IMG/VR virus record: IMGVR_UViG_3300031951_000030
Strand: one strand, 5' to 3'
DNA length: 64,000 nt
From: an uncultured virus (IMG/VR IMGVR_UViG_3300031951_000030)
Taxonomy: Duplodnaviria > Heunggongvirae > Uroviricota > Caudoviricetes
Below, piece after piece: positions 1 through 9,518 of the stretch. The notes below the pieces were generated by a model, which was given only the letters and a program-made list of their open reading frames with translations, was not told the DNA's origin and searched no databases. Within the stretch, counting starts at the first letter, position 1. Every line of letters begins with the position of its first letter. The translations under genes were made by a program, and so were the position numbers.

Positions 1-82
1 TTTCCAAAAAGTGTCTTTTCAACTCTGTTGGGAGTTGTTGAAGTTCTTCTGATTCTTTGAGTAAATTTTTTAAACGTATCAT
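1..82 (-). CDS. 5' part of a probable head/internal virion protein, running off the left edge (MIRLKNLLKESEELQQLPTELKRHFLE...)
   Basis: Manual translation from the ATG at 82-80, open to the window edge. It starts 1 nt after the stop of 84..350. The N-terminal MIRLxxLLKE resembles the start of 6718..7221. Not in the ORF track. Confidence 0.75.
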   Translation of the reverse strand, partial: MIRLKNLLKESEELQQLPTELKRHFLE

Positions 83-83
83 A

Positions 84-350
84 TTATTTCTTTAATATAT
101 CGTTTTTCTTAATTTTTGAAACGTATCTCATCATTTCTTGCTTATCAATTCCCATAGCATCGATTACCTTTGCTAATACAAGAATTTCTTTTTTACGAGA
201 AAGACTCATTCCTTTGATTTGAGCTACCATTTTATCCAAATATCTTTCTATCGATACTGGTAAGTTAGTGTCCAAATCATCCAATGCTTCTTTGATTGTT
301 GGTTTTGGAGCTGCGTTTCTGCCTGGTATAAAATTTACTAATTTTGCCAT
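84..350 (-). CDS. hypothetical protein in the head gene cluster (88 aa)
   Basis: Tightly packed ORF directly downstream of the prohead protease; no recognisable catalytic motif. Confidence 0.7.
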   Translation of the reverse strand: MAKLVNFIPGRNAAPKPTIKEALDDLDTNLPVSIERYLDKMVAQIKGMSLSRKKEILVLAKVIDAMGIDKQEMMRYVSKIKKNDILKK

Positions 351-357
351 ATTTTTG

Positions 358-948
358 TTAATTTAATTCTATTATAATTTCTCTCATTAAATCTTGTGAT
401 TTACACCACTTACCACATTCTTCTGCCATTTTAGCCCACTGCTTTGATTCATTCATTGGTGCCATAAATGCTCCATGTGTGGATGGATTAGAAACGAAAT
501 CCCAACCAACCAATTCGAAATCTTCCTGAACCATTACGGTCCCATCTTTTAATTCCTTTACTGAACCTAATCCTCGTGATGAAATACCTAAACGGATATT
601 ATTTTTTAATAATTCTTTTAAGATATTACCAGATGGAGTTGAAAGAATTTCTACTACACCACATACATCATCACCTTCCCAATAAATTTCTCTAATGTTG
701 TGGGATACATTTTTTAAGTTGATAACAGGAGAATCTGGATGGTCCAACTCACCTAGCGCTCTACGTTCTTTAATAAGTTGTTTGTATTTTGCACATTCTC
801 TTTCTAAAATTTCTCTAGGATAGCGTCTACCATTTTGATTAGCAGCACCTGCTCTTTGTAAGATGCCCTTTACCAAATATGTTCCATTTTCTTCTTGTTG
901 AAGTTTTGCTTCAAACAAATGGGTTTCTATCAATAATCCTTTATTCAT
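358..948 (-). CDS. gp21: prohead core protein protease (T4 gp21-like)
   Basis: Motifs NxNGRxYP, ALGELDHP, NVSH, TPSGNI, GISSRGLGS and DFVSNPST; located near portal and terminase. Confidence 0.93.
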   Translation of the reverse strand: MNKGLLIETHLFEAKLQQEENGTYLVKGILQRAGAANQNGRRYPREILERECAKYKQLIKERRALGELDHPDSPVINLKNVSHNIREIYWEGDDVCGVVEILSTPSGNILKELLKNNIRLGISSRGLGSVKELKDGTVMVQEDFELVGWDFVSNPSTHGAFMAPMNESKQWAKMAEECGKWCKSQDLMREIIIELN

Positions 949-949
949 C

Positions 950-1285
950 TTACTTTATATCGTTTTTAACCTTTTCAATTGCTTTCTTACTATCGTTAGA
1001 CCAAGCTTTCAAAAATATATTTTTTAAACCACTTTCAATATCTTCTTTATCAACATTATCGTTATTTACTTTTTTAATAAGAGATTGAATATAATCAGAT
1101 TTAACCATTTTATCTGCAGCTGCAGCGTTTACTCCGTTATTCTTTTCAATATATTCAGTAACATCACTTATAAATTTTTTATTTGATTGTAATTCATCTA
1201 ATATTCCTGATATTTCTTTTTCAGTTTCTTTAGAACCACTAAAGTATTTAATTCCTTTTTCTATTAAACCCCCTATGTAATACAT
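950..1285 (-). CDS. hypothetical protein, probably the -1 frameshift extension of 1348..2037 (frame open upstream to 1360)
   Basis: Upstream of the ATG the frame reads KKKVNENIAIGILATLTGIIIGKIA-MYYIGG and overlaps the A11 run at the end of the upstream ORF. Confidence 0.7.
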   Translation of the reverse strand: MYYIGGLIEKGIKYFSGSKETEKEISGILDELQSNKKFISDVTEYIEKNNGVNAAAADKMVKSDYIQSLIKKVNNDNVDKEDIESGLKNIFLKAWSNDSKKAIEKVKNDIK

Positions 1286-1347
1286 TGCAATTTTACCAAT
1301 AATGATACCAGTTAGTGTTGCCAGTATTCCAATAGCTATATTTTCAT

Positions 1348-2037
1348 TTACTTTTTTTTTTTAACCCCCTCGTTTGTTGATTCAGTTGTTATCTTATTTT
1401 TTTTGAAATATGCAATTACATCTTTACCAGTATCAAATGCTTTTTGACCTCCCCAAGAAGAATGATACATCCAATATGAATTGCTTCCATCTTCCCAATC
1501 AAAATCACCCGAAGATATTTCTCTACCATCATAGGTTAAATACCCAACACCTTGTTTAGAATAAAAACGATATTTACCATCTCTAAAATTAACATCTTCG
1601 TTTACTTTTGATTCGCTTTTGTTTATTTCTTTACCAGCTTTTACCGCATCTTTATGTGCATCAGAATTACCATGTGCAGGTTCTTCTCCTCTGGCTTTTT
1701 TAGCTCTTATGTTAGCCCACAACCCTGGATTTTCTTCTTCTACTTTTTTACCAGCTCTTAATGCTGCTAAATCGGAACCTTCAATTTCACCATCACCATC
1801 GGTATCAATTTTCTTTTGACCCGCAGTTAATTCAGCTTCATTATATCCTCTTAATCTTCCTTCAGATTTCGCTTTGTAAGCGGTATCTACTGCATTAAAA
1901 AATTTCTTCTTTTGTTCATCAGACATATCAGTAATTGATTTACCAACTTTATCCAACATATGTTTAAAAAGTTGTTGATAGTCTTGTTCCTCTCTAACAA
2001 CATTTTTAATAAGTTCCAATAATTGTGATTTTTTCAT
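1348..2037 (-). CDS. modular head/internal protein with an EF-hand-like DxDxDG loop; ends at a slippery A_AAA_AAG site
   Basis: DTDGDGEIEGSD loop; short modules separated by x-x-E motifs (VREE, YNEAE, KVNED, TNEG); head cluster context. Confidence 0.7.
   Translation of the reverse strand: MKKSQLLELIKNVVREEQDYQQLFKHMLDKVGKSITDMSDEQKKKFFNAVDTAYKAKSEGRLRGYNEAELTAGQKKIDTDGDGEIEGSDLAALRAGKKVEEENPGLWANIRAKKARGEEPAHGNSDAHKDAVKAGKEINKSESKVNEDVNFRDGKYRFYSKQGVGYLTYDGREISSGDFDWEDGSNSYWMYHSSWGGQKAFDTGKDVIAYFKKNKITTESTNEGVKKKK
1351..1371 (-). other. putative -1 programmed frameshift signal (GAGGGG...A_AAA_AAG, then TAA)
   Basis: The minus strand reads GAG GGG GTT AAA AAA AAA AAG TAA. The -1 frame continues open for 133 more codons to the stop at 950-952. 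Confidence 0.6.
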
Positions 2038-2068
2038 TATTTGTACTTTTAGTATTACTTCTATAATG

Positions 2069-2077
2069 TATAAATAT
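2069..2077 (-). promoter_or_regulatory. ATATTTATA upstream motif (putative phage late promoter)
   Basis: Exact copy in the intergenic gap upstream of the start at 2037; the same 9-mer recurs in many intergenic gaps. Confidence 0.6.
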
Positions 2078-2084
2078 ATGTATT

Positions 2085-3758
2085 TTATTTATCCGTAGTA
2101 GATTTACCAAAAACTCTTTGTATTTCCGGTCCTTTTGAAGAATCTACTTTTGATTTTATAATTTTAAGTGCATCTTTTTTTAATTCACTAGGATGAGAAT
2201 TAAACCATTCTGAAATATCTTCATTACTCTTTATTGCTCTTCTTCTTTGTCCACCATCATCGATATAATTTGTGTAAAAATCATACCATCTTAATACGGA
2301 ATCCGCTAATTCTTTTCCAGTTTTGGCAGGTGTGTTTTGACTTGCTTCGTTTACTGATTCGTATTTAATCATATCTGGATTAAACTTTTCAAAATTCTTT
2401 CTTGCCCATTTTACGGCAGCTTCATAAGAATTGAATTTAATCCTATCCTGTTTGAACCCCTTTGCCTTATTTAAGAAATCAATATAAACTTTTTCTTCGT
2501 TTATAGATTCTTGAATTTTATTTCTTTTCATCCATTCTTCTAAATTACGAATTGCTGAATCAAATACTCTACTTCTATCATGGTCCATTCCAAAGTTTTT
2601 GAAGTATTCTTTCATCATCTGATACGGTGAATCTAATTGCTCACCGTTTCTTTTCATATCTTTGATATTCATAGCAACTTGATAAGCTGCCATCTTACCA
2701 CCAAAGAAAATAGCTTCGGATGTAATATCATTCCAAAATCTATCCACCAATGAAGATAATGGTTTTCCTTTTGAGCGATACCCAAATTTTTCGTTACCTA
2801 ATGATTCTACAAAGTAAATCAATCTTTCTGCGTTGGTTACTTTATCTAAAAACTTTTCCTTTACCATTCCTTGAAGAACTTTTTCACCCTGTGATGAAAT
2901 TGGAATTTTGTTGATTCCTAATTCTTTCATTTTAGAATCAACATCACGAGGCATCATAAATTCGTTTATTGATTTACCTTCACTAATTACTTTATTACTT
3001 GGAAATGATACTGATGGTTGGTTTCCAAATGTTTTATCAACTTTAGCATTGATTCCAAATTGTGATTTTAACATTTTTACAACACCACTGCCAAACTTTA
3101 TATCAGTAAGTTTAAGATAAATGTAATTTCTATTAGGTGCATTCTTAATTTCACCACTTACAAACTTTGAACCTATTAATTTAATAATATCATCTACTAC
3201 ATCTGCTGCAAGGTATCCTTTAAGTTCGGATTCTTTTACTACGGAATATCCAGTTAAATCGGCTTGCCTCTTTCCCTTTTTCTCTTCACTATCTTTACCA
3301 CTAAATGCGAATGGAGTATTGTATCCTTCAACACCACCAGTAGTATTCATCTCATCTACTTTTAATTCGGCATCTTTGTACATATCACTAACTTTGTCAT
3401 TCAATTCTGCTGCCAATTTTTTCTTTTGTGCAGTTAGTGTTTTTAGTTGTTGTATGTGTTGTTTTTCGGCAGGAGTACCTTTGGATTTTTTATATGCTTC
3501 TAAACTCTTTTCCATAGAATCTAAAACTTTTGCATAATCCGTTTGAATGGCCTTAACAGAACGTAATTCAGCCAACACCATTTCTTTTATTTTATCAGGC
3601 AATCCTTTGTGAGATGTTGATGCAAAATCTTTAGCATCTTTATCACTCATTGAATCTGCTGCTTTTTCAACTTCTGGGGATGGGTTTTCCATATCGCCCT
3701 TTTGAGCGGCGTGTACCATACCCATAAATTTTTGTTGTGCTTTAGATACTGCTGGCAT
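2085..3758 (-). CDS. modular internal head protein (557 aa) with a DUF3008-like N-terminal module
   Basis: N-terminus PAVSKAQQKFMGMVHA...KDFASTSHKGLP is a module I recognise from large phages. Modules are separated by KVDE, VVKE, VISE, SINE, ESINEE and ESVNEA. Confidence 0.65.
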   Translation of the reverse strand: MPAVSKAQQKFMGMVHAAQKGDMENPSPEVEKAADSMSDKDAKDFASTSHKGLPDKIKEMVLAELRSVKAIQTDYAKVLDSMEKSLEAYKKSKGTPAEKQHIQQLKTLTAQKKKLAAELNDKVSDMYKDAELKVDEMNTTGGVEGYNTPFAFSGKDSEEKKGKRQADLTGYSVVKESELKGYLAADVVDDIIKLIGSKFVSGEIKNAPNRNYIYLKLTDIKFGSGVVKMLKSQFGINAKVDKTFGNQPSVSFPSNKVISEGKSINEFMMPRDVDSKMKELGINKIPISSQGEKVLQGMVKEKFLDKVTNAERLIYFVESLGNEKFGYRSKGKPLSSLVDRFWNDITSEAIFFGGKMAAYQVAMNIKDMKRNGEQLDSPYQMMKEYFKNFGMDHDRSRVFDSAIRNLEEWMKRNKIQESINEEKVYIDFLNKAKGFKQDRIKFNSYEAAVKWARKNFEKFNPDMIKYESVNEASQNTPAKTGKELADSVLRWYDFYTNYIDDGGQRRRAIKSNEDISEWFNSHPSELKKDALKIIKSKVDSSKGPEIQRVFGKSTTDK

Positions 3759-3770
3759 TTTTAGTAAAGT

Positions 3771-3995
3771 TTAGGCTAATACATAAACAGAACCACCATT
3801 GGTTACTGTTACACTTTTAACATAGCAAGGGAATGGTTCTCCTGCGGTTAGATGTGCTAACGAAATAGTTGTTCCACCTTCCAATGTAATTGTACCAGTT
3901 ACACCACTTACAGGCAATACTCCCCAAACTCTATCTATTAATGAAGCAGAACCAGATGTTACTAATTTTGCGTCAAATGCTCTATAATTTACCAT
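3771..3995 (-). CDS. small beta-rich virion protein, possibly a head spike-base/decoration protein
   Basis: 74 aa all-beta pattern (GTITLEGGTTISLAHLTAGEPFPCYVKSV) reminiscent of the RcGTA Rcc01079-type spike base; head cluster context. Confidence 0.45.
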   Translation of the reverse strand: MVNYRAFDAKLVTSGSASLIDRVWGVLPVSGVTGTITLEGGTTISLAHLTAGEPFPCYVKSVTVTNGGSVYVLA

Positions 3996-3997
3996 TT

Positions 3998-4873
3998 TTA
4001 TTTATTTAAACTATTTTTTAATTCTTTTAACAACTCATAACTCATCATCATTGCCGATAAATGTTGTTCCTTAATTTTTTTAACTGATTTAATTTTTCTA
4101 ATGTTAGATATAGTTTCAGCTAATTTAATTTTTGTTACCTTATCTGGTATTTTAGAACCAACTTCTTTCAACCCATTAATTAATTTAATAATTTCGGTTG
4201 AAATATATTCATTCAATTTACCAGTATTATTAATGTTATTTATGTATTCTCTCAATAAAAGTTTTTGTTCTTCTGTAAGGTTTTTGTATTTGTTATTAAA
4301 AGATTCTACCAACATCTTATAAGAGATTGCTCTCAAATCTTCGTCCTGCTTTTTATATTCTTCCAAAACTGCATCTTTGATTCTAGCATCTTTATTTTGA
4401 ATGGATGAATTGATTATACTTTCAGCAATAGTAAAACGAGAACTTACAATATCCGTTGGGTCATATTGTTGATTAGTTGATACTACTTCGAATATTTTAT
4501 ATATAGATGCTAATGTTTTATAATTAGAAATTGGAGATTTAATAAACTCATCTAAACCATAAGTTTCTTTAATTTGTTTAATTAAATTATACTTTTCTTT
4601 TATAAGCTTCTTTTCATCCAATTGCTTTCGTGCTTCCAGAATTGTATCTATAAATTTTTCAGCTTTAACTTCTGAATTATATTTTTCATTTATCAAAAAT
4701 TGATATAATTTTAATTCTTTGGATAATTCCTTTTTAGAATTAAAATGCTCTTTCAATATACTTTCTGCTACTGATTTATTTGCAGACATTATTTCTGATG
4801 TAATTTGTCTTACAAGCAATTCAAATATAAATCCAGTATTTTTAAACTTTGAATGTTTTATTTTTTTCATCAA
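3998..4873 (-). CDS. conserved phage hypothetical protein next to the portal (probable start ATG at 4870)
   Basis: 291-aa helical ORF beginning KKIKHSKFKNTGFIFELLVRQIT, directly downstream of the portal. Confidence 0.7.
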   Translation of the reverse strand: MMKKIKHSKFKNTGFIFELLVRQITSEIMSANKSVAESILKEHFNSKKELSKELKLYQFLINEKYNSEVKAEKFIDTILEARKQLDEKKLIKEKYNLIKQIKETYGLDEFIKSPISNYKTLASIYKIFEVVSTNQQYDPTDIVSSRFTIAESIINSSIQNKDARIKDAVLEEYKKQDEDLRAISYKMLVESFNNKYKNLTEEQKLLLREYINNINNTGKLNEYISTEIIKLINGLKEVGSKIPDKVTKIKLAETISNIRKIKSVKKIKEQHLSAMMMSYELLKELKNSLNK

Positions 4874-4891
4874 TTTTTATAATTTGTCAGA

Positions 4892-4900
4892 TATAAATAT
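4892..4900 (-). promoter_or_regulatory. ATATTTATA upstream motif
   Basis: Exact intergenic copy about 20 nt upstream of the start. Confidence 0.6.
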
Positions 4901-4917
4901 ATTTTTATATTTCTTTA

Positions 4918-6660
4918 TTACTTTTTGGTTAAATCTTCTGTCAAAATAGTTTTTTTATTACCATCCATATCCTTAAAAACTTCAAAATATGAACTCTTTC
5001 TCGGTTTGTATGGAACAGAACCTTCTTTTGCTTTAAGAGTTTTTATTCCTAATGGGTCTCTACCTTCAGGATGGTCATCATGCCCATATCTAACAGGGTC
5101 TTTTGGTCTACCAACCTGTCCATCTAATTCAAGTTTTAACTTATTCAACTCCTCTTCAACATTAGTTGGTCCACCTTCAGTTCCAGTTTCTTTTGCTGGG
5201 TCTACACCTTGTGTTTCAATTGAAGTTAAACGGAACATTTGTTTAGTATCATCTAATACCTGCAATGTTAATTCATCCTGCTCATCTTTTGCCATCTTCA
5301 TTACGGATTCATACATCCATTCTTTGGAGAACATCTTTGTTTGTTGCATTTGTTGAATTAGGGCTACTTTTGAAGTGTATAGTTCAACCTGCTCCTGCTC
5401 ATAAATTCTAGATGGAACTGTTAATTCCAATGTAAAGTCTGTTAAACGGTCATCGTTAATACCTTGTGCGTATAAATGAACGATTGCAATTTTAGTTAAT
5501 TCGGAAATCAATACTCTCTGAACTCTTTCAATTGTTTTGGCAAAACGAATATCCATTGATGCCAATGTTGCTTTACCATTAGTATCTTCCTCATAACCCA
5601 AATATGCTTTTGGAATTTTAAGTGCAGCCATCAACTTCCCTTTTAAGTAATTGATGTCATCAATCATATTGTACTCTAAACCTTTTAGGGTATCAATTGA
5701 AGTTCCATTATCACTACCTCGAACTGGCATATAATAATCTTCAATAAGATTCATCATATTGTACTTTAAGTTGTACTCACCCGTTCTTTCATCAACAAAT
5801 GGAACTTTCTTTGATGCGTTGATGATTTTTTGCATGTAGTTATCCACTTCGTTTGGTGGGATATTACCAACATCCACTTTAAAAATTCTCTTTTCAGGAG
5901 CTCTCATTACTCTGTGGATTAACATTGCATCTTCCATCAACATTAATTGTTTCCAAACTCTTCTAGCTCCTTCAACCATAGATTTTCCATAAGGTAAGAA
6001 GTTTGAATCTGAATTTAAACGGAAGTGAGCAATCTCATAGTTTTCAAATTCCTTTTTAGTAGTTTGACCTACTGCCATATATGGGTTTTGATATGGGGCA
6101 TATACGAATTTAACTCTTTGTGGATTTTCAGGATCAAATCCCTCTACTCTACTCATTTCGTATGATGATAATGGCATTACGTTTATAATTCCCAATTCAT
6201 CTGCAATTTCTAATTCTAAAAAGAAATCACCATATTTTACCAAGTTTCGTGTCCAAGGCCATAAGTTGAACTCAATGTTAAGAATATCGTAAAATAAGTT
6301 TTCTAATATTTGTTTGATGTTATCATCATCGTGATGAATTTTTAAAATACTACCATGTTCGTTTTTAGCGGTACATTCATCTGCATATACATCCAATGCG
6401 GATGATAAAATGGGGTCCATATCCATTGAATCGTAATCTCTAAACAAATCGATACGAACTTGTTGGTATGCCATTGCAGATTCCACCCCACCTACACCGT
6501 AGTTACTTACTTTGAGTTTCATATAACGGTCTACAAGGTTAGTTGTCATATTCTGATACTCATCAGTATCGACTATTTTAACTCCTTTTTCCGTTTTTCT
6601 TACTATGGTATTTGTTGAAAATAATTTCTGTAACCTACCGAATAATGTTTTATCTGCCAT
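4918..6660 (-). CDS. gp20: portal protein (T4 gp20-like)
   Basis: Motifs LMLMEDAMLIHRVMRAPEKRIFKVDVGNIP, EDYYMPVRG, TSIDTLKG, DDINYL and ALKIPKAYL; adjacent to the terminase. Confidence 0.93.
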   Translation of the reverse strand: MADKTLFGRLQKLFSTNTIVRKTEKGVKIVDTDEYQNMTTNLVDRYMKLKVSNYGVGGVESAMAYQQVRIDLFRDYDSMDMDPILSSALDVYADECTAKNEHGSILKIHHDDDNIKQILENLFYDILNIEFNLWPWTRNLVKYGDFFLELEIADELGIINVMPLSSYEMSRVEGFDPENPQRVKFVYAPYQNPYMAVGQTTKKEFENYEIAHFRLNSDSNFLPYGKSMVEGARRVWKQLMLMEDAMLIHRVMRAPEKRIFKVDVGNIPPNEVDNYMQKIINASKKVPFVDERTGEYNLKYNMMNLIEDYYMPVRGSDNGTSIDTLKGLEYNMIDDINYLKGKLMAALKIPKAYLGYEEDTNGKATLASMDIRFAKTIERVQRVLISELTKIAIVHLYAQGINDDRLTDFTLELTVPSRIYEQEQVELYTSKVALIQQMQQTKMFSKEWMYESVMKMAKDEQDELTLQVLDDTKQMFRLTSIETQGVDPAKETGTEGGPTNVEEELNKLKLELDGQVGRPKDPVRYGHDDHPEGRDPLGIKTLKAKEGSVPYKPRKSSYFEVFKDMDGNKKTILTEDLTKK

Positions 6661-6683
6661 TTTAATATTTTGTATCTAATTTA

Positions 6684-6714
6684 TAAAGATAAGTAAATTT
6701 TTGGAAATTTCCAA
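6684..6714 (-). promoter_or_regulatory. Bacteroidota-type sigma-A promoter (TTG-N20-TATCTTTA) upstream of the portal
   Basis: -33 TTG at 6714-6712; -7 element at 6691-6684 has one mismatch to TAnnTTTG; 20-nt spacer. Confidence 0.45.
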
Positions 6715-6717
6715 GTT

Positions 6718-7221
6718 TTACCATTTTCTACAAGACCAATATCTAGCTTTATGTCTAGGTCCTGGTTGGTCACAATTATGTCTTGCTCTAAAACTTCTTC
6801 TTCTATCTGGATTGTTCTTTTTAATTTTTACACCCTTTTGTCCAAAGTTTACTTTAACAACATTACCTTGTGGATTTTTTACATATACTTTAAATTTCTT
6901 AACATCACCTGCCATTGGTTTTCCCAACTGCACTTCTCTACCCTGATATTCTGCTTCTCGTAAACATTGACAACCTTCATTTAATGTTTTATCGTACCCT
7001 CTCATAAAAGAAATAAAATCTTCCATGTCCTCATCTTCTACATCGTATTCTTCTGGTTCAACATATCCATAATTTACATCATCATCACTATCTATATCTT
7101 CCGACATAGGTACACAATTGGGAACTTCTCTACCATCTTTGGTTTTCATTCCAACTTGCTGATACCCTTTCCAACAAGGTCCTTGTTTTTCTTTTAAAGG
7201 AATTAAATTTATTAGTCTCAT
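6718..7221 (-). CDS. conserved modular phage protein (CWKGY...VPNCVP module plus a basic C-terminal VNFG...SFRARHNC...YWSCRKW domain)
   Basis: Two modules typical of large dsDNA viruses joined by an acidic linker; N-terminus MRLINLIPLKE. Confidence 0.7.
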   Translation of the reverse strand: MRLINLIPLKEKQGPCWKGYQQVGMKTKDGREVPNCVPMSEDIDSDDDVNYGYVEPEEYDVEDEDMEDFISFMRGYDKTLNEGCQCLREAEYQGREVQLGKPMAGDVKKFKVYVKNPQGNVVKVNFGQKGVKIKKNNPDRRRSFRARHNCDQPGPRHKARYWSCRKW

Positions 7222-7239
7222 ATTATAATAGTTTCAACA

Positions 7240-7248
7240 TATAAATAT
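7240..7248 (-). promoter_or_regulatory. ATATTTATA upstream motif
   Basis: Exact intergenic copy 18 nt upstream of the ATG at 7221. Confidence 0.6.
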
Positions 7249-7255
7249 ATAAAAT

Positions 7256-8863
7256 TTAACGAAGTAACCAAGTTAGGTTTTCTACATCACCTTTACCTAC
7301 TTCCATTTCGTATGGATTCTTACCAGACCAACCAGTGGAGTACACACCACTAAACTGATTTATTTGAGTTGAGTTCAACATACTCTTTGTTAAATCAATA
7401 CCTTCTTGTCTCAAACGAAGTGCAGTGTTACGAACCCACAACCCAATTGCCAATGCCATTACCAAGTCATCATTGTACCCCTTCATTGCTTCTGCTCTAC
7501 CACCATGCCATATAAAGGTAAACATCTCATCTATTAAACGATTTGAACGTATTAGAATATCTTTATCACTCATATATGTATCCAATGCTGAAATGATAAG
7601 AGGACGAGTTTTAGATGTTGTGGAGAATCCGGCAACCATTTGTTTTTCATCTCTGTAAAACTTATTACTCATTTGTTTTTCAACATCAATATATTTCAAA
7701 TCGTTACTCATATAAAACAGATTTGGATACCCTCTATCTATGATTTGTTGAATACATGCCCAACCTACGTTTGAATTTTCTACAACTAATAAAGCGTTGT
7801 TATATTCAGTTGCTAATGAAGTTAAAAAATTACCAAAATCTTTTGTTTCAATTTTACCTCTGTATTCTGCTACTTGACAACAATCTTCTATATCAATTAC
7901 CTGTGCAGTAGAATAATCGGCTCCATCTCCTCTCGCAACGTCAGCACATACCATGTACTGCTTGTTATAGTTTGGGTACTCCCATATCCATAAGTTATTA
8001 TCAAACCCTCTCTTCTCAACTGGGTCCATCACATAGGTATCTTTGTACCAAGTTAATAATGCGGGGTCAATTACGGTATCACCTGAACCAATAAAGTCAC
8101 AATCACATTCTTGTGCTGCACCTTTAACCCCCAAAATACGAGTCTGTTCATCTCTCCAAGCCTGGTTTCTTTCAGGGTGTACTGTCCAATGTAGGTTAAT
8201 ACAATTGAAACCATTTGCACCACTTTCACCTTCTACCCACATTTTATGGAACCAGTTACCAACACCGTTTGGTGTAGATAATACTATTGCGTTACCACCT
8301 GTTGATAGGGTTGATTGTGCCGATAACCAAATTTCATCGATATCTCTAATGAATGCCGCTTCATCCACTACTAAAAGTGATAGAGCTTCCGAACGACCTG
8401 CATCTGGTGAAGATGCAATTGCCTTTACCTGTGAACCATTCTTTAATTTAAGTGATAGTTTGTTATCTTCAGCCGCTGCAGTTCCACCATCTCTCAACCA
8501 TACTGGCAATAAATCGTGCATAACCCTAACCTTTTCTACAAGGTTTTTGGCTACCGTTACTTTTGTTGCAATAACCAATGCGTTAAAGTCCTGATTGAAT
8601 ATCATTTTCCAAAGAATAAATCCCGCAGAAAGTGTTGATAAACCTAACTGACGAGATTTTAGAATGATATTAAAACGATGGTCTTTAAAATCAGTTAAAC
8701 ACTCCTCTTGAAAAGGATAAAGGTGAAAGGGAATTTTCCCTCTCACCGGATGTTGAATAACACAATACTTCTTCATAAAGTAAATGGGGTCAGCCGCACA
8801 TTTACGATATTCTTCAGAAATTATTTCTTTTAAAGTTTTTTTTGGTTGTCCTTGAACTCCCAT
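7256..8863 (-). CDS. gp17: terminase large subunit (T4 gp17-like)
   Basis: LYPFQ Q-motif, Walker A-like KSRQLGLST, Walker B LLVVDEAAF, coupling motif STPNG, and RNase H nuclease motifs CADVARGDGADYS and DDLVMALA. Confidence 0.95.
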   Translation of the reverse strand: MGVQGQPKKTLKEIISEEYRKCAADPIYFMKKYCVIQHPVRGKIPFHLYPFQEECLTDFKDHRFNIILKSRQLGLSTLSAGFILWKMIFNQDFNALVIATKVTVAKNLVEKVRVMHDLLPVWLRDGGTAAAEDNKLSLKLKNGSQVKAIASSPDAGRSEALSLLVVDEAAFIRDIDEIWLSAQSTLSTGGNAIVLSTPNGVGNWFHKMWVEGESGANGFNCINLHWTVHPERNQAWRDEQTRILGVKGAAQECDCDFIGSGDTVIDPALLTWYKDTYVMDPVEKRGFDNNLWIWEYPNYNKQYMVCADVARGDGADYSTAQVIDIEDCCQVAEYRGKIETKDFGNFLTSLATEYNNALLVVENSNVGWACIQQIIDRGYPNLFYMSNDLKYIDVEKQMSNKFYRDEKQMVAGFSTTSKTRPLIISALDTYMSDKDILIRSNRLIDEMFTFIWHGGRAEAMKGYNDDLVMALAIGLWVRNTALRLRQEGIDLTKSMLNSTQINQFSGVYSTGWSGKNPYEMEVGKGDVENLTWLLR

Positions 8864-8864
8864 A

Positions 8865-9515
8865 TTATTTTTTCAATTTAATCTTCCAATATGTTCCAAA
8901 TCCAACATAAGGAGAGAATGCGCCAGTTGTTCCATCAGTGGTTCTATTGTTAACACCAATGTTTAAGTTGTAAATTTTATCTTTTTTAGTTTTAAGAATT
9001 AAACCAGCTCCAACTGCTGATACATAATCTTCTTTATTAAATCCCCCATTCAAACCGAAATATACTTGATTTTTTGCGGGTTCTTTAACAATGAGTTCTT
9101 CTCTTATAGTTCTTTCTCTAACTTTAGCATCAAATGTTCTACCTAAAATTCTGTTTTGAGATATAGTATCAGTTACCGATACGGTTCCCAATGAATCAGG
9201 TAATACTAATACATCTTTGTATAAAACTTTAGAATAGTAATTTTTTAACAATGCTGCCGTATCTATTACCGCAGGAATTTTTACTTCTTTTTCAACAATT
9301 ATTTCATGATAGATGTCATCTCCTTTTTTGGTTACTACTTTGGTTTTGATTACATCAACGGTATCAATTGTATGTTTAATTACTTCGTATTTTTTACCGT
9401 CTATTTTAATAATCCTACCACCTGGCATTACTCCACCTGGGTTAAACCATTGTAATAATACATAGATAATTAGTACTGCTATTGCAATGTTTTTAAATGT
9501 TACAAATTTTTTCAT
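8865..9515 (-). CDS. membrane-anchored protein, possibly a spanin-like lysis accessory
   Basis: N-terminal hydrophobic helix (NIAIAVLIIYVLLQWF), DT-rich extended stalk, and C-terminal amphipathic beta-strands ending in YWKIKL. The function is inferred. Confidence 0.45.
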   Translation of the reverse strand: MKKFVTFKNIAIAVLIIYVLLQWFNPGGVMPGGRIIKIDGKKYEVIKHTIDTVDVIKTKVVTKKGDDIYHEIIVEKEVKIPAVIDTAALLKNYYSKVLYKDVLVLPDSLGTVSVTDTISQNRILGRTFDAKVRERTIREELIVKEPAKNQVYFGLNGGFNKEDYVSAVGAGLILKTKKDKIYNLNIGVNNRTTDGTTGAFSPYVGFGTYWKIKLKK

Positions 9516-9518
9516 AAT

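Noticed and set aside
4918..4930. Possible frameshift at the portal C-terminus (ACC AAA AAG TAA)
   Set aside because: The heptamer is C_AAA_AAG rather than a canonical X_XXY_YYZ, and the -1 frame stops after about 14 codons without joining the next gene.
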